DNA of 64,000 nt from Geosiphon pyriformis uo1 (lineage: Eukaryota > Fungi > Glomeromycota): NCBI GenBank assembly GCA_016748015.1, contig JAAOMT010000512.1, positions 1,560,893 through 1,624,892 on the forward strand. Reading direction: 5' to 3'. Under the pieces are notes generated by a model, which saw nothing but the letters and a program-made list of their open reading frames with translations, did not search any database and was not told the origin of the DNA. Made by a program: the position numbers and the translations under genes. This document shows positions 37,512 through 51,608 of this stretch, piece by piece; position 1 is the stretch's first letter, and each line of letters starts with the position of its first letter.

Positions 37512-38225
37512 TGTTACAGATTGAAGTAATAAACTAACAAATAGCAAAAAAGAACAGAATTATAGGGTGATAAAAATAATCAAAGAGAGAATTACAATAA
37601 GAGAGTAAATTGAATGAATAAGGATTCAATATACATAATCAGTCTCATAAAAATCACAGTTACAAATTTTTTCTGAAAATTTGAAGATAGAAGAATAGTT
37701 CATGATTATTAACAAGATAACACTGTTGCTATTATTTTATGCCTTAATTCAGCAATTTTTAGAATTAATAACAGATATTATTGTGTTTTTTAATTATTTT
37801 TTTATTCAATAAATCACAAAAGCAAGCAATTGCTTCTTAGGCTAATTCTAACAAATACAAATTAAGAAAAAAAAAAAATAAGGTATATGAATACCAACAA
37901 GTAATTTTTTATTCCAAGATGTTCAGATACTTAAAGGTAAAGAAAAAGAAATAAGCAATATGAAAGGAAGTAATTGATAGTGAGTTTTATTTCATTATTT
38001 TGATCATATTTTTCTATAGCTAAAAGACTTATTGTTTATATAGCTATTGAAAATGGTCAATAATTAAGTCAATAATTAGGTTAATGATTAGATTAATGAT
38101 TAGATTAATAATTAGGTTATTAATCAGGTTAATGAGCACTATCTAAAAATAATGTGGCTAATTATATAACATTAGTGGCTAATACATGTGATAATTAATA
38201 AAAACTATGAATTTCAATCATAACA
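37512..38225 (-). mobile_element. Solo LTR G, TSD ATAT
   Basis: D-type LTR; ATAT at 37508-37511 and 38226-38229. Confidence 0.9.
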
Positions 38226-40079
38226 ATATTATTCTGAGTTATTACATATTTTTTTGTATTATTTTGTATTATTACATTTTTTTTATTTTATTATGTTTTT
38301 TTTATAACTTTAAATAGGTTTTAGTTTTGTTTTTATAATAATTAATATTAAATTGTTTATATTTTTATTTTATCTAATTATATTATTTTGTTTAGTAAAA
38401 TTATTTATTTTTTGAATATTATACATATTAAATTTTCAGATAAAATTAGTTATTAAAAAAAATATATATTTAATCTATTTACTTTTGTTATTAAATTTAT
38501 AATTATATTTAACAAATTTTTTATGCTTAATTCCAATTTAATAATGTTTTAAAAACTCAAAAAACCATTATTTAAAGCAATTTTGTTACAAATGGCTATA
38601 TTTAAACTCTTTTTTATTGTTATATTATTTACTTAATCTTATAATAAAAGAGTTATTAATAATTTACATTTAAAATAAAACTAAAAAACCATTAATACAA
38701 GTGTATTTAATTTTTTTATTAACTTATTAACTTGTTTTATATGGTAAACAAAACTGTGTTTTAAATTAACAAATTTTAATTCAATAATATTAAAGACTAA
38801 TAAAATAGATTTAATAATTAAAAACAAATCAAAACTTAAAAAAACATATAAAAAAAAACAAGTAAAATATTACCAGTTACTTAAATTTAAGTTTTATTAT
38901 TAAAAAAAAACTAATTAAAAAACAAAAGTCTGTTTTTTAGCATAAATATATATTAAGTATTGTTGGTTTAGTTTCAATATATTTTTTTTTAAATAATTAT
39001 TAAAATTTTTATCAGATTTATATATTAATAATATATAGCCAGATTAATTGTAAATAACACAATATTACAAAAACAAATTTACTTAAAATTAAGCAAATAA
39101 AATTATTTTTGAACTTTTTTGTTTTAAAATAAACTGTAATACATCTAATATAAGCATAAAAAACCAAATTATAAGTAATAATAAAGATTTTTTTATTATA
39201 TAAAACCAAAAAGTTAAATAAATTATAAGCTATAACACTTATTAAAAAAGTATACAATAGTATTGAATATTAATTTTAAGCAATTATGTATGTTTATTTA
39301 TATTTGTTTTGGTTATATATACCAAATTTTTACTTATAAAAATAAATTAATTAACAACTATTAATTCAATAATTTTAAATTTTATTATAACTTTTTACTA
39401 TAAATTAATAAATTATATTTTAATAAAAATAATTTTTTTAAATTTAACAAAAGCTATAAAAAACTTTAATTAAAAAAAATGATTTAAAATTTATTAAAAA
39501 TAAATTTTTATTATTAATATTTAAGAAAAATATTGTCAAAATGTTTTGCTTAACTGTTTTAATAATAAAAATTTTTTTTTGTTAAAACTTTATTAATTAT
39601 TAAAAAGAAAATAATATTTAAGACTTTTTATTTTTTGTTTTAATTATAATTATAAAGTTAAAAAAAGAAAAAAAGTTTATTTTTTTATTTAATTCTGTTT
39701 TTATTTAATTTAAATACATATTTATTTTTAAGATTAATATTTACTAAAATATTTTTATTAGTATTTAATATTATAATATATTATAATATTATTCAAACTA
39801 ATTTTTAAAATAAATATTAATTTAATAATTTTTTAAAATTTTGAAAAAATAAAAACATTTTTAAAATTATTTACTAATAAAAACAATTTTTTAATTTTTT
39901 GTACTTTTTTTATAAAACTTTTTTTTTAATAAATTAATAAAATTTTTTAATAACAATTTTTAATTTTTTTTAACAATTATAGAAAAAAATTAATTAAATT
40001 TTAAAATAATAAAAAAAACAAATAACAAAACATTTTTTTATTTTCTAAATTATAATTAATTATACTAAGTAAAAAAACC
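38226..40079. other. Extremely AT-rich decayed sequence (probably the eroded 5' part of H or other repeats)
   Basis: Almost no G or C; no recognisable motifs remain. Confidence 0.5.
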
Positions 40080-40224
40080 ATATTAACTTTTTTTTTTATT
40101 TTATTTCGTTTAATGAGTGAAGTCCAAACACTACCTAGTACAATACATCATTAAATGATCTAAACTAAACGTGAATCATGCCTTTTCTACATGTGACTAG
40201 CCACTCAGACCAGTCAGAACAACA

Positions 40225-43200
40225 CTACGCACTTATATGAACAGAAATCTCTTCATAAGCACCAGAAAAAAATAAACAAGACCTATGAAATCCGAAATGA
40301 ATGCTAATTGCATTAGCAACCCCCAACAATCTAACAACACCTGCTGAAAGGCCCATGGAAAAACCAGAAACAGAGACAGGAATGGAGCCGTCACGAGGAA
40401 TCAGCCTACCCTTTTCCATTACTGCCCGGTGTTTCACACGAACCAACCAAATTTCATTCCAGAATGCAGCACAAAACTCACTCACAAAAGACATCATGTT
40501 ACAAACTGCCACTCTGGGATCTTCAAAAACAGACACAGATTCACAATACCAATTATTGAAAATGAATTCTTTACATAGGGCCACTCCAACCACACAATTC
40601 GAAGCACAAGTGGACAGTAACTGGGAAACACACAAAGAAGAACAAGATAAACCAGAGCATGCCTCCCAAACAGCTGCATAAGTGTTTATCAAACACTCAC
40701 GGCCAATGGTGTCAAAGGAGCAGGAAAAAACATGATCAGAAATCTCAACTTCACCACAGAATAAGCACACTACACTGGGGTAAAGTCTATTATATAGACA
40801 CTTATACACGGCGACAGGAAGTCGATAATGCAAAGCCTTCATAAAATAAGTCTGAAAGCCAGCAGTACGCAAACTAGTGAAGCCAGCAGCCATGTGGGAA
40901 TTTGGGTGCCACACTGAAACAGACCTGGCCCAATCAACATCACCTTACAAACTATCCACCAAAACTCAGAAACCGGATCCAACCTCTCAACGCATCTGAT
41001 GAACTGACCAGAAAATATCATGAACAAAATATCTTGAATTACCAGAAATGGCAGAGTCACCAGCTCTTAAAAACTGTTTATCAACTCTGTGTGACAGCCA
41101 CCAAGAAGATGAGGCAGCAACTCCTGTAAGTGAGTCAGCACGTTCATTGTCAGGGACACCTGAATGATCTTTTACTTTGACCCAATTCACATCCAAATTT
41201 TTATCACAAATGACATTAGCAATGTGGCGATGCTCGATCCAACAATGATTCCTGAAGTCTGGCCAAGCTAGTAGAGATTCAGATTTGCATGCATCCAAAG
41301 CAGCCTGGCTGTCCAAGAACAAATCCACTGAATGAAAAGTGGAAACACACTCGAGAGCCAGAGCAATGGCTTACAACTTCATAAGCATAGAGGAAACCAA
41401 ACCAGACACCTTTACACCCAACCCTGAATCAATGTTCTCAAAGAAAACACCAGCACCAGCCTTCATACCAATAGTACTCAGACCACTTAGAGACCTATCT
41501 GTATATACAGAAAGGCGAACAGCAGCATCAATGTCCAACAAATTGTCACAAACAATGCCAAAATTGTGAAAGAGTCAAATATCAGGAGAAGCAAGATCAC
41601 TTACAGGGGGAGAGCACACAGAAGAAGGAACAATGCTACCAAGAAACTGAACAGAAATATCAAACCAAATAGGAACCAGGCCATGGAGATCCAGCCTTTT
41701 CCAATGTTTGAAGGTCTTCCAACTGAAAGCAACACCATGTCTGTTATAAAGCTGTTCCATGAAAACGATACCATAGCACTTGAGCAAAGGGACACATTTG
41801 AAAAATCTTGGCTTACCTAGAACAATAGACATAGGAGTGCTACCTTGAAGACAAAAAGCACTGGCCAGAGAAGCACCCAAAGACAAGTCACACCCAGAAA
41901 AAATATGAACCACACCTGACAAAAAGTTGTTTGAAAGGCTGACATCAACATAAGCTGGAAACAGCAAAGGGTAACAGGGATGCCAACTGAGAGCCTAAAG
42001 ATCATGAAACCTGTGAGAAAACAAACAACCCAAAATACCAACTGAATTTGCAAAAGCCAAAACAGCAGCCAATTTACTCTTAGCTTGGATCTGTTCAAAA
42101 GTTCTAAAATTGTACAAAGAAGGATCATAAACCGCATCATTGGAGAAGTCAAGTGGCAGCCCAGACTTAGACTTTAAGCACCTGTGAACCATAGAGTCCC
42201 ACTTATTACACACACTAACAGGAACAAAGCTGAACTAAGTTTTGTAACTGATAATAGGCAGAAGAACTGCAGAAACCAAATACACAAATTGTTTGTCTGA
42301 GATTGCCTTTCTCAGAACAAGATTAACAAAGAACCAAATGTTCGAGTGAGCTTTAGTCAGACTAGGCATCAAAAGATCTTCAGAAGACAAAAAAATATCC
42401 AGATACCAATGAGGTTCACCCTTCTTGGTGATAGAGATAGGCGAGCCACTGATAGTCAAAGAATAATTTGCAATCCGGCTGTTGATAGGAATGACTACAG
42501 TCTTGTCATTGTTAATTGAAATGTCATTAATCCTAAAAAATTCACTAGCAACATTGAGGATGTGCTGTGTAGCAGCCTGGCTACCACCAACCCAAATAGT
42601 ATCATCTACAAAAGCACTCACAGCCAAGAATGACGTCAGCCCGGCCTGAGGCTCTATCTGGCCAGTTCTGAAAATAAAATGAGAGTTTAATTTGTAACCA
42701 CACACGTTTTCCTGTCATTTGACTTCACACAAGAGTAAATCATAAAATATGTGCCAAAGAAGTGGTGAAAAAACCTCCCCTTGGTTCAAACCATCGTGAA
42801 CACAGTAACCATCAATCAAGCCAAAATCCATCATTACTCTGTTGGTGTGACCATTGTGAATGTCATCAAAAAATCTAATAAACTTGTCACACATCTTAAT
42901 CCTAACCAAACTCTTTTTGAGATGCACCCAGCCAACAAAATCATATGCTTTTCGCATATCTTGCAAAACCAGCCACAGTTCCTGGCCCTTTTCCAATACA
43001 TTTTTCACCACAGAACCAATGGCAAAAATGGGCGATTGCATCAATATACCCTTTAATACAGAGAAATTGTCCCTATGCAGAACATCAAATCTGCTGCAGG
43101 CCGAAGAAATTCTGTCTGAGAAAATCTTGGAAAGAATCTTGCGGGCTGTTTCAATCAATGCAATAGGATGAGTATTTGTGAGAACGCCCTTCCATTCATA

Positions 43201-44916
43201 TAGTTTAGGAATCATTGACACCCAAGCTTCCTTCCAAGGTCCAGGTACAGATTCATGTTCTAAACAAAAATTCAGCAATAACAAAAGCATATTCAAAACT
43301 GTTCTATCATAGTGTTTCCACAATTCATTGGAGATACCAGAAAGACCAGCCACCTTACCATCAGGCAAATTAGAGACAACTATAAGCAACTCATCAAAAC
43401 CAATCAAACACATTACTTCAGAGAAGGCATCATCAAAGACATAGTCCAAAGGCTGAAATTGGCACACTCAGTTATCAGAAATATCTGGCATCACTGCACA
43501 CTTCCTAGTCCAACCTTCCATGATCTCATCGACCTTAAATTTAACTAAATCCAGCTTCAAGACCAACTCTTCACTTGCGACCAAGTGATCCAGTACCACC
43601 TTATGGAAAGAACACTCCAGAACACTTCTAATGGTGCGTTCCTTGTCCACTTCAAAACTCTCTATCCTTTTCTTAATAGTCTGCCTAATACAAGATTCTT
43701 CAGCATGCTTAGATTCCATCATCTTCGAAGAGCAGTAAACCTTTCTTGTCTTAGCCAGTTCAGAGCAAATAGCATCAAAACCAGAAACCAAAAGAAACAG
43801 AGACTTCACTGGCGAAACACCAACTGAGTCAAGCCTGTCTCATGTATCCAACAAAGAAGCAAAATTCCCACCAAAAACCAGACGAGAGGCCTTAACTAGC
43901 TTAAATACAAGCAGTTCCAGTCTATAAAACTTAGAAGAAACCTTATTGAAAACACTACTATAACTCTTGAACCATTTTTTCTTGAACATCCCACCAGCTG
44001 AGAGAATCAATATTTTGCAAACAACATCCTACATTGCATCCTTATCCGAAAACTTCATAGCCACAACAAATGCATCTGAAAGCATAGAAGCATTAGCAGC
44101 TGTAGCATTCTTAAACTCCAACCACTTCTTATCATTGGCATTTTTAACATCGAACTTCCAATGATCTTTATTGGCCTGTTTGCATAGTGACAGCAGCTGC
44201 ACATCCAACAAACCACCCAGACCCACAGAAACAGAAACAGCCCTATAATCAGTATTAAAAAAATCCTCAACACCCACCACACCACGATCTATGATTGCAT
44301 TAACTAAATTAGAGGAGACCAACACGTAATTAATTGTCTTGGCAACACCATGAGAATTGCACCATGTTGGTGATCTCACAAAAGCACTTCCACTTAGAGA
44401 GTTGACCAAACCCAAATCAAAACATTTCCTAAAACTGGCACATTTATGAGACCCATCTTCATTGAAATTGCCACCAAGAATAACAAAAGAAGTCTTATTC
44501 ATAGCTTTGGCAATGAGAGAATTGATATCACTAGCCTGAGAAAACCAAACCACTGAAGATGCACCAGTATACAGCCCCAGAATAGACACAGAAAGCTTAT
44601 TCCCAAAGAGCAGCCTTATTAACAACAGCTGACCAGATACCTCTGAAATTTTTCACACATGCTTTGCTAAAAAAAAGTCCATAATTATTGCAACACCAGA
44701 TCCCATGTAACCAGAATTCAGACCAGAAGTAAAAACACAAACACCATCGAACTTATCAATAATTCACGGATGAACCATGTCTCTCAACTTTGTCTCAGTA
44801 ACAATGGAGACCAGATTGTTCATGTCCTTATGCCAACGTATAATGTCTGCCTGCTTTGCACAATTGTTCATACCTCTAATATTACATATGGCAATTTTCC
44901 AAATTAAGTGAGTCAT
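40225..44916 (-). pseudogene. LINE ORF2 (APE endonuclease-RT-RNase H-Cys motif)
   Basis: ICNIRGMN, VTETKL, ILGGNFNE (GDFN); LQDMRKAYD, QGEVFSP, AFVDDT; VYTDRS...LDSQAA...VKVKDHSG...NERAD; CLFC...HVFSC. Confidence 0.92.
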
Positions 44917-46859
44917 TGAGAAGACAGAGGAACTGACAAACCCAAACCAGAGCACAGAATATTTAACTTATCCAAAACTGAACCAACTGAGGCCTCCAAA
45001 ACAATCAACTTTGTTTTCAAACCACCCACTTTGGCAGTGAGAACTTTGGAACTACTAGAGCTGAGTTCAATAACAGCATTGTGAATAACAAGTGGAGGAG
45101 TGCCAGACAAGACCAAAGCAGTATCCACAATCATATCAGAATCCACATCAGAAGTCAAAGTCTCAGAAACAGCAGGAAGAGAGCTCAGAGAAAGGTTCAC
45201 CGCAGGAACCAAACCAATGGATTCCAGTCAAACCAAAATGCCAGAAATGCAGTCAGTTAAAAGCTCCAAAGAGCACTCCAAAATTGCCAGCTGGTCATTC
45301 AAATGAGAAACGGTAGGAGAATCAGTCGTCATTGAAGAAGTAACCAAACCAGAATGCAAACCAGCATCAGCCAAACCAAAGGGAACCACACGAGAAGGAG
45401 AGCCACCAGCAACTTGGGCCTATGTTTTACCACCAAATAAGACTGGATGAGCAATAGGAGCTGACTTTTTCTTATATATCCCAGCCAGACAAATCCAATC
45501 TTGATCAAAAACCACCTTCTTCCCACAAACACCAGAATTCTCACCCAAGGAACAGTTGACTGTAACATGACCGAATTGTTTACAATGAGTGCAACTGGCC
45601 AAAGAAAGACCAGCCCAACGCAAACTTACACTCTTGAAAACTAAAACAGTACCAATAGCAGCCAACTTGGACACTTCATCACCAAAACAAATTATAGCAC
45701 ATCTATCACGAACATATGAATTAGGATTATGGCCAATGAAACAAGTCTTCCCACCATATGATTCCAACAAACTAGAAAGGTCATGGGCAGTAGTGCCAAC
45801 TAGAAGAGTATAAAGCAAAGCCTGATGCTGATCCTTTGATACCCATGTTTGTTTATCACTGACTGCCAAAGCCACATGCACCAAATCTTTTCCCATGAGG
45901 ACTGACCATTTGGATGCAACTAGACTAGCTACTTCAGACGACTCAAACTCAACCAAGACCTTTTACCAAAGACTAATCAGCTGTATTTTAATTGAAACAA
46001 TTTTGCCAAATTTAGAAAATGCCGAATCCACTGCTGATTTGGGAAGATCCACTGGGATCTCCTTGACAATCACTTCCCGATCTGAATGTCTGTTTACTTT
46101 CCTTAGATCATCATTTACCAAAATCTTCTTACTAATTGCCAATTCCCTTGCCTTAAACAAACTTTTTTTAGATGTAAATGAAGATTTTATTATTCCTAGA
46201 AATTTTGAGGGAGTCGAAGCTCCCTCAAATCCATCAACTCAATAAAAGATTTTTTTAACTGTCATCAACTTATCAACATTTGTCTTTCCAGGCACTGTTG
46301 AAACCTCAATATCCAATGTGAAAGATTTTACTGGCTTGAAATTCCTTTTTTTTGGGGCACATGATCTGATATGTGGCACCTGATTGGCACCATCAACTAT
46401 AGGGAGAGGAAACTCCAGCACATCATCATCATCACTCATACAGTCAAACAAAAGTCACTTTGGTGGGTTGTCCAGCATGTACATTTGAGTATGAGTTTTT
46501 CTCGGCGTATTTTTGTCCATGCCATCATCCTCACCAGATTCTGCATAGCTCGTCTCCTCGGCAACCAAGTTTGTTATATTTTCTACATTTGAAAGACCAC
46601 TTACATTGCTCGCTACATTACCGACATTGCTACCCCAGAACACCACAGGTTTGGCACCAGCTTCACCCAAATCTTCCAAGCTAATAGAACCAGCAGACAT
46701 ATTGACTACACTGCCAACAGCAGCAGGCTTCTTAGGTTTCTTGTAGGATGCACCATGTGAGTGAGCATTTGCCAAACGCTTAGATTTAACACCAGAACAG
46801 ATCTCCAAACCTGTTGAAACAGAACCCAAACCACCAGCAGAAGAGCCTATCAGTTTTAT
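44913..46859 (-). pseudogene. LINE ORF1 (RRM-like region plus CCHC knuckle)
   Basis: In-frame pieces 46455-46829, 46239-46451, 45963-46160, 45420-45956, 44913-45212; VIVKEIP...FSKFGKIVSIK; CTHCKQFGHVTVNC. Confidence 0.85.
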
Positions 46860-47882
46860 GTTAACATAAAGAAATATACTGAAAGAAATAACTTTAAGAT
46901 GAAAGGGAAAAAAAGGAAAAAGGAGAAAGCTATTCTATTAGTTTACTTTTTGCTCTCACTATGGTCAGGGGATCGACGAGAGAAAAAGTTTTTATATTAA
47001 CTTATGAATATTTATTTTAAAAATTTAAAAAAAATTTTATTTTTTATTATTTGTTTTAAACTTCTTGTTAATTACCACAGATTTTTTCATTTTACCCAAA
47101 TTTTTTTGAATATAATAGTTTTAACATAAAAGAATTAATGTTTTGTAAAATATTAAAAAAAAAAAAAAAAGCTTTTTAAAAATTGTTATAATAATAATAA
47201 TTATTATTATTATAATAAGTTTTTAATAATTTTAATTTCTGTTAACATATTTATTATTTTTTTAAATAATATTTAATTGTAAAATAATTTAGGTTTTAAT
47301 TCAAAAACCAAAAATTTTAAAAGTTTATAAATAGTTTAAAATGGTTAAATTTTAATAATTACAATTTTGTAAAAAAATTTAAAATTATAATTAAAGTAAA
47401 ATATAAAACAATAGAAATTAGAAACAAAAATATTATAATATAAAGTGTATTATTTGAAATTTTTAATAAATAAAATAATTTTTATATATATTAATAATTT
47501 GTCGTTAATAATTGGTGGTTGGATTACACTGTGAAGACAAGAAAAAAATAATAATCATATTATAAACTTTTGAAAAAAATCAATAAAATAAAACTTTATA
47601 TATTTATTTTAAAAGTAAAAAAATTTTCTGTTCAAGTTTTTTAGCTTAAAAAGTGATCAAGAAAAAAAGCTTACTATTTATAAGGAAGAATTAAAAACTG
47701 AAAATCTGAAAAAAACTAACCAATAATTGAAAGGGAAGATATCTAGCCATGTAATTAATTCTGGGAATTTTAATGAACGGAAAAAGAGTGGTGAGATTTT
47801 TAACGATAACCCAATAAAGAAAAGTTTATCCAAAAAAAGGGTAGAAATATATGGGAAATTTATGAACATAAAAATTTCATTC

Positions 47883-49071
47883 TTACATCTGCTGGAGAGG
47901 AAGGACTTGTCTTAAAAAGTCATTTAGATCCTTTATCTCTTCGATACTTGATGAATGGGAGATTCCTTGATACGTTTTGAACGAAACCGAGTATTCATGA
48001 TTTTTTAGAAGCTTTGAAGTATGATGGCCAAGTTCATATGGCACGACCTTGAAGAGAAATTAACAAAATATTATTTAAAAGTCAAATTGTAAAAAGTTTG
48101 TATAAAATTAGAAATCACCTGATCACAATCACCATGAGCCATAAATATTGGTGTCGTTTTATTAGCCTCCGTTCTCATCTATCATCATAAATGTTCCCAA
48201 TATTAGAAGGATAGGGTAGTTTAAATTTTTCAATGACAATGAATACCTTCAAAATTTTGTTTCGACATACCATATATCCACTTAGTCTGTGAAAAAAAAA
48301 ATAGTTATAAATAAGACTTTTATTTGATGTGATAATTTCTTAAAATAATACCCAAAAAATCCCAGCAAATCGGTATTCCGAGGTCAACCCAATTTTCAGT
48401 GCTAGGGCAGCGCCCTGCGAGAATCCTCCAATTACAATGGGATTAGACGAAATTCCCGCATCAATTTCATCACGGATAAGTCGATTCACTAAAATCTCAT
48501 GGAAAATACAGTGTTTATTAATTGAGGTTTTTTATAGAGTGAATTAAGGAATACTATCTTACCCGAAGCAGCTGATGTCAAGAGACCTTTCTTCGTCTTC
48601 CTGAAAGACTCAACATATCAGTCGAGTTAGCTAATGCTTTAACATCATACTTTGAGTGATGAAAAAATAACATGATTCAGGGGTCTTCATTAAAAAGGCT
48701 CAATTGAAAGAATTTACATATCAACCAGGGATTGGCATGCCACGATTTAATGTTATTAGACGATATGGACTTACAAAAGCAAATTTGAATAATTAATAAA
48801 ATTTTTGCAGAAATTTTATTATCCACAAAAAATACTGACGCATTAGGTTAGAATGAATTTTATATGTGGATTAATTTTTCCAATGTCCCCTGTTACAGGA
48901 GCCCATACGTTTCCACTATCACCAAGGCCGACTTGTTCGCACGTTTTCAACAAAATTAGTTAAAATTTCTGTAAAATCTCAAAGTCTTGCTAAAAAACCT
49001 ACGAAAAAAAAAACGGTTACAGAGTGATTTTCTCTTGCTAGCTGGGTGACAGCTGTCAGAGGTTGTGACAT
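47883..49071 (-). pseudogene. Acyl-protein thioesterase / lysophospholipase (phospholipase-carboxylesterase family), ~8 exons, damaged 5' half
   Basis: GLGDSG, KFILPNA, GGFSQGAA, LSGY, PIFMAHGDCD, YQGISHSS. Exon 1/2 frame mismatch, TGA at ~48721 and extra bases near 48585-48606. Confidence 0.8.
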
Positions 49072-49606
49072 AATGATTTACAGTTTGGTTATGTTCAAAT
49101 CTGTTTTGTGATTTTTTGGTAGGAATCTTTACAATGTGAAGAAAGACTCCCAAACATGTGCAATTATTGAATATTTAAATAATAATTTCTTGTTGAGTTT
49201 TATTTTTTTCCATTTTGGAAATATTTGTTATTGTGTAATTTTATTTCTTGAATTTTACATTATTTTAATTGTTATTTTTGAATTATTTTTCAAAATCAAA
49301 GATTTTTTAATAATTATCCGTATATATATATATATATTTAAAGTTGTTTTTTTAAAAATAAACATGAAGTCTATTTTTAAATATGAAAAAAAATCTTATT
49401 ATTTTATATTTTTGTTTATTTTATTCAATATTTATATCAATTTTAAAAATTATATACGTAAATTCAATTAATTGTGATTAAATAATTATTTTGTTAAAAT
49501 AAAAAAAATAAACAAAAAAACCAGATAAAATAATAATATTTAATTTAATGGCTAAATATATTTATATACAAAATTGGTAAAAGCCATATTAAATTTTTAT
49601 TATGTT

Positions 49607-49607
49607 A

Positions 49608-49665
<58 letters not shown>
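49607..49665. repeat. (AAT)n microsatellite
   Basis: Direct observation. Confidence 0.95.
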
Positions 49666-50066
49666 CCCAAAAAATCACTTAATAATGAAAGGTAAAACCA
49701 AAATTTCATATTTAAAAATACATAATCTTAGCCCTTTGAATTAAAAACAATAAGAAATTAAGCTTCGAGCTATTTACATTGAAGCAGCAACCAAGTGAAT
49801 CTTACTTAACCAAAGAAAATGTATATGGCTCACAGTATCCTCGACATTTTTGAAGAGAGAAATGAGAGCAACACGTGATTGAATATATCAACGCATTTGA
49901 GAGTACACAACAAAACACAACACAACCTCTTAGACGTAAGAAGTGAGCAAATCTTGGGTTCTTAGTCTCAGATTGATTGATTGATTGATTGTTTGTTTGT
50001 TTGCTTGATTCATCTCTTGGTGACCGAAATGGGTTGTGGACTTTACAAGAAAAGTCCTCAAAGGAT

Positions 50067-51608
50067 TTATCGTGCCCCAGATAAATCATGGGTATCTGTG
50101 ACTACAGCGACCAAGACGCTGATATCATCCATTTTTCCACCTTGGTAGTACATTCCTTCTTGTGATGCGCGACATTGAAATGGACTACTATTATTTAAAT
50201 CTTCACTAACTCCCTTAGCACGCCATGCTAGAGCATCACTAAGAGTTTGAGGTTCGATTGGTAATCCTCTTTGAGCAGCATTGGTGAATTGACGAACTTC
50301 TTCGACGATATCTTCGTCAAATAAATTATCAAATACTCCATCCGAGCCCATTATCACAACATCGCCACATTTAATCTTTACCGTAAAGGTTTGAGCATCA
50401 GTTGGTAAATCAAAGGCAGGACCAATACCCAATTGGTATGGATAATTAAAAGAGTGCTGTTGTTCTTCATTACGAAATATGATATCGTTATGTCGAATTA
50501 TAGTGATCCCACAGTCACCTAGATTCGCGATACGAAGCTCGTCACCACGTAACACTGCGATTAAGGCTGTAGAAGATCCTATAAATCCCTTGAATCAAAA
50601 TTTTTTGTATCTTTAGTAAAATTCTTCAAAAACATAAAAATACAGATGAAATCTTTTACCTCCAAGGCACAATCTCGTACTGTTTGTTCATAACTTTTTC
50701 CCATGATATTAAGGGGATCAGCATCATTATAATGATAAAACTTTTCATTGTCAATATTGTCGTATTTATCCAGTTCTATGAGAGCATAATGCATCAACTT
50801 TCTAGAATATAAAGATGAATCGGCAACTTGGCAAGAAAAAAAAAAAAAGGAAAATCAGAGACATCTCGGGACTATTTTAAAAATTTATTAATGTCCAATG
50901 AGAATTATAATGAATTAAAAAATCTTGAAACTTACTGACATGTTCCATTGGAGGGGCATGACGCCAACCTCCTACTCCATCAGCCACACCCAAAGAATCG
51001 TGTCTACGAAAGAAACTATCCTCACCACAGCCAATGCTCAAATATTTGCCGTCACTCGAGTTGGACACGAGTTTTTCCTGCCGTTTTGGGATGCCAGAGG
51101 CACCATGAGAGAAGACTAGGGATTTACGAGTAGTTGAGAAAGGTTTATCGAATATGTCAAATATAGAAGGGGGGACTGAGTTAGTTGGTCTTATGGCGGA
51201 AGGAGTTTCAAAAATTTTTTGAGGCTTTGGAGAATAAGAGGTAAATGTTCTTGGAGTAGACTGAGTTTGACTAGGGGAATAAGTATGAAAGGAGCGACGA
51301 ATGACGTTAGGTGAGAGAAGAAGGGGATTAGAAGAGGAGCGACTGAAAGGGATTGAAGTTGAGGAAAACTGGTTAAAATTTGTTGAAAAAGAAAAGGAGG
51401 GTTCAAAGTAGGAGTAAGAGGATTGGGTAGAGGAAAAGGTGGAACGAGTACTAAATGACGAAGGGAAGCTTGAAAATCTTGAAAATGAGGATAAATAGCG
51501 CATAATATTTGAGATGAAAGGATAATTAGGGGACCTGGATTGTACCTTAAAGTTTGACTGAAAATTAGTTGGAAAAAGAGATGAGGAAAACTTCAAAGTG
51601 TTGTTCAT
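50067..51608 (-). CDS. PTC7: PP2C phosphatase, PTC7 type; exons 51608-50936, 50826-50660, 50588-50067
   Basis: GEDSFF, GVADGVGGW, GSSTA, ANLGDCG, QQHSFNYPYQL, SDGVFDN, GGKMDDI. GT-AG introns keep the frame; Ser/Arg/Phe-rich N-terminus. Confidence 0.9.

Larger units (their letters stand above)
40090..46993 (-). mobile_element. Full-length non-LTR retrotransposon (LINE) with APE, RT and RNase H; inactivated
   Basis: A-rich tail at 40090-40106; TSD ATATTAACTT at 40080-40089 and 46994-47003; two ORFs. Confidence 0.93.

Noticed and set aside
40301-46684. Plus-strand ORFs across the LINE, and short antisense ORFs across the Gypsy copies
   Set aside because: Shadow frames of the real ORFs; no motifs, and boundaries vary between the Gypsy copies.
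48660-48725. AT-AC intron in the thioesterase gene
   Set aside because: The donor reads ATATGT, not ATATCC, and there is no AC acceptor; better explained as a G>A lesion.
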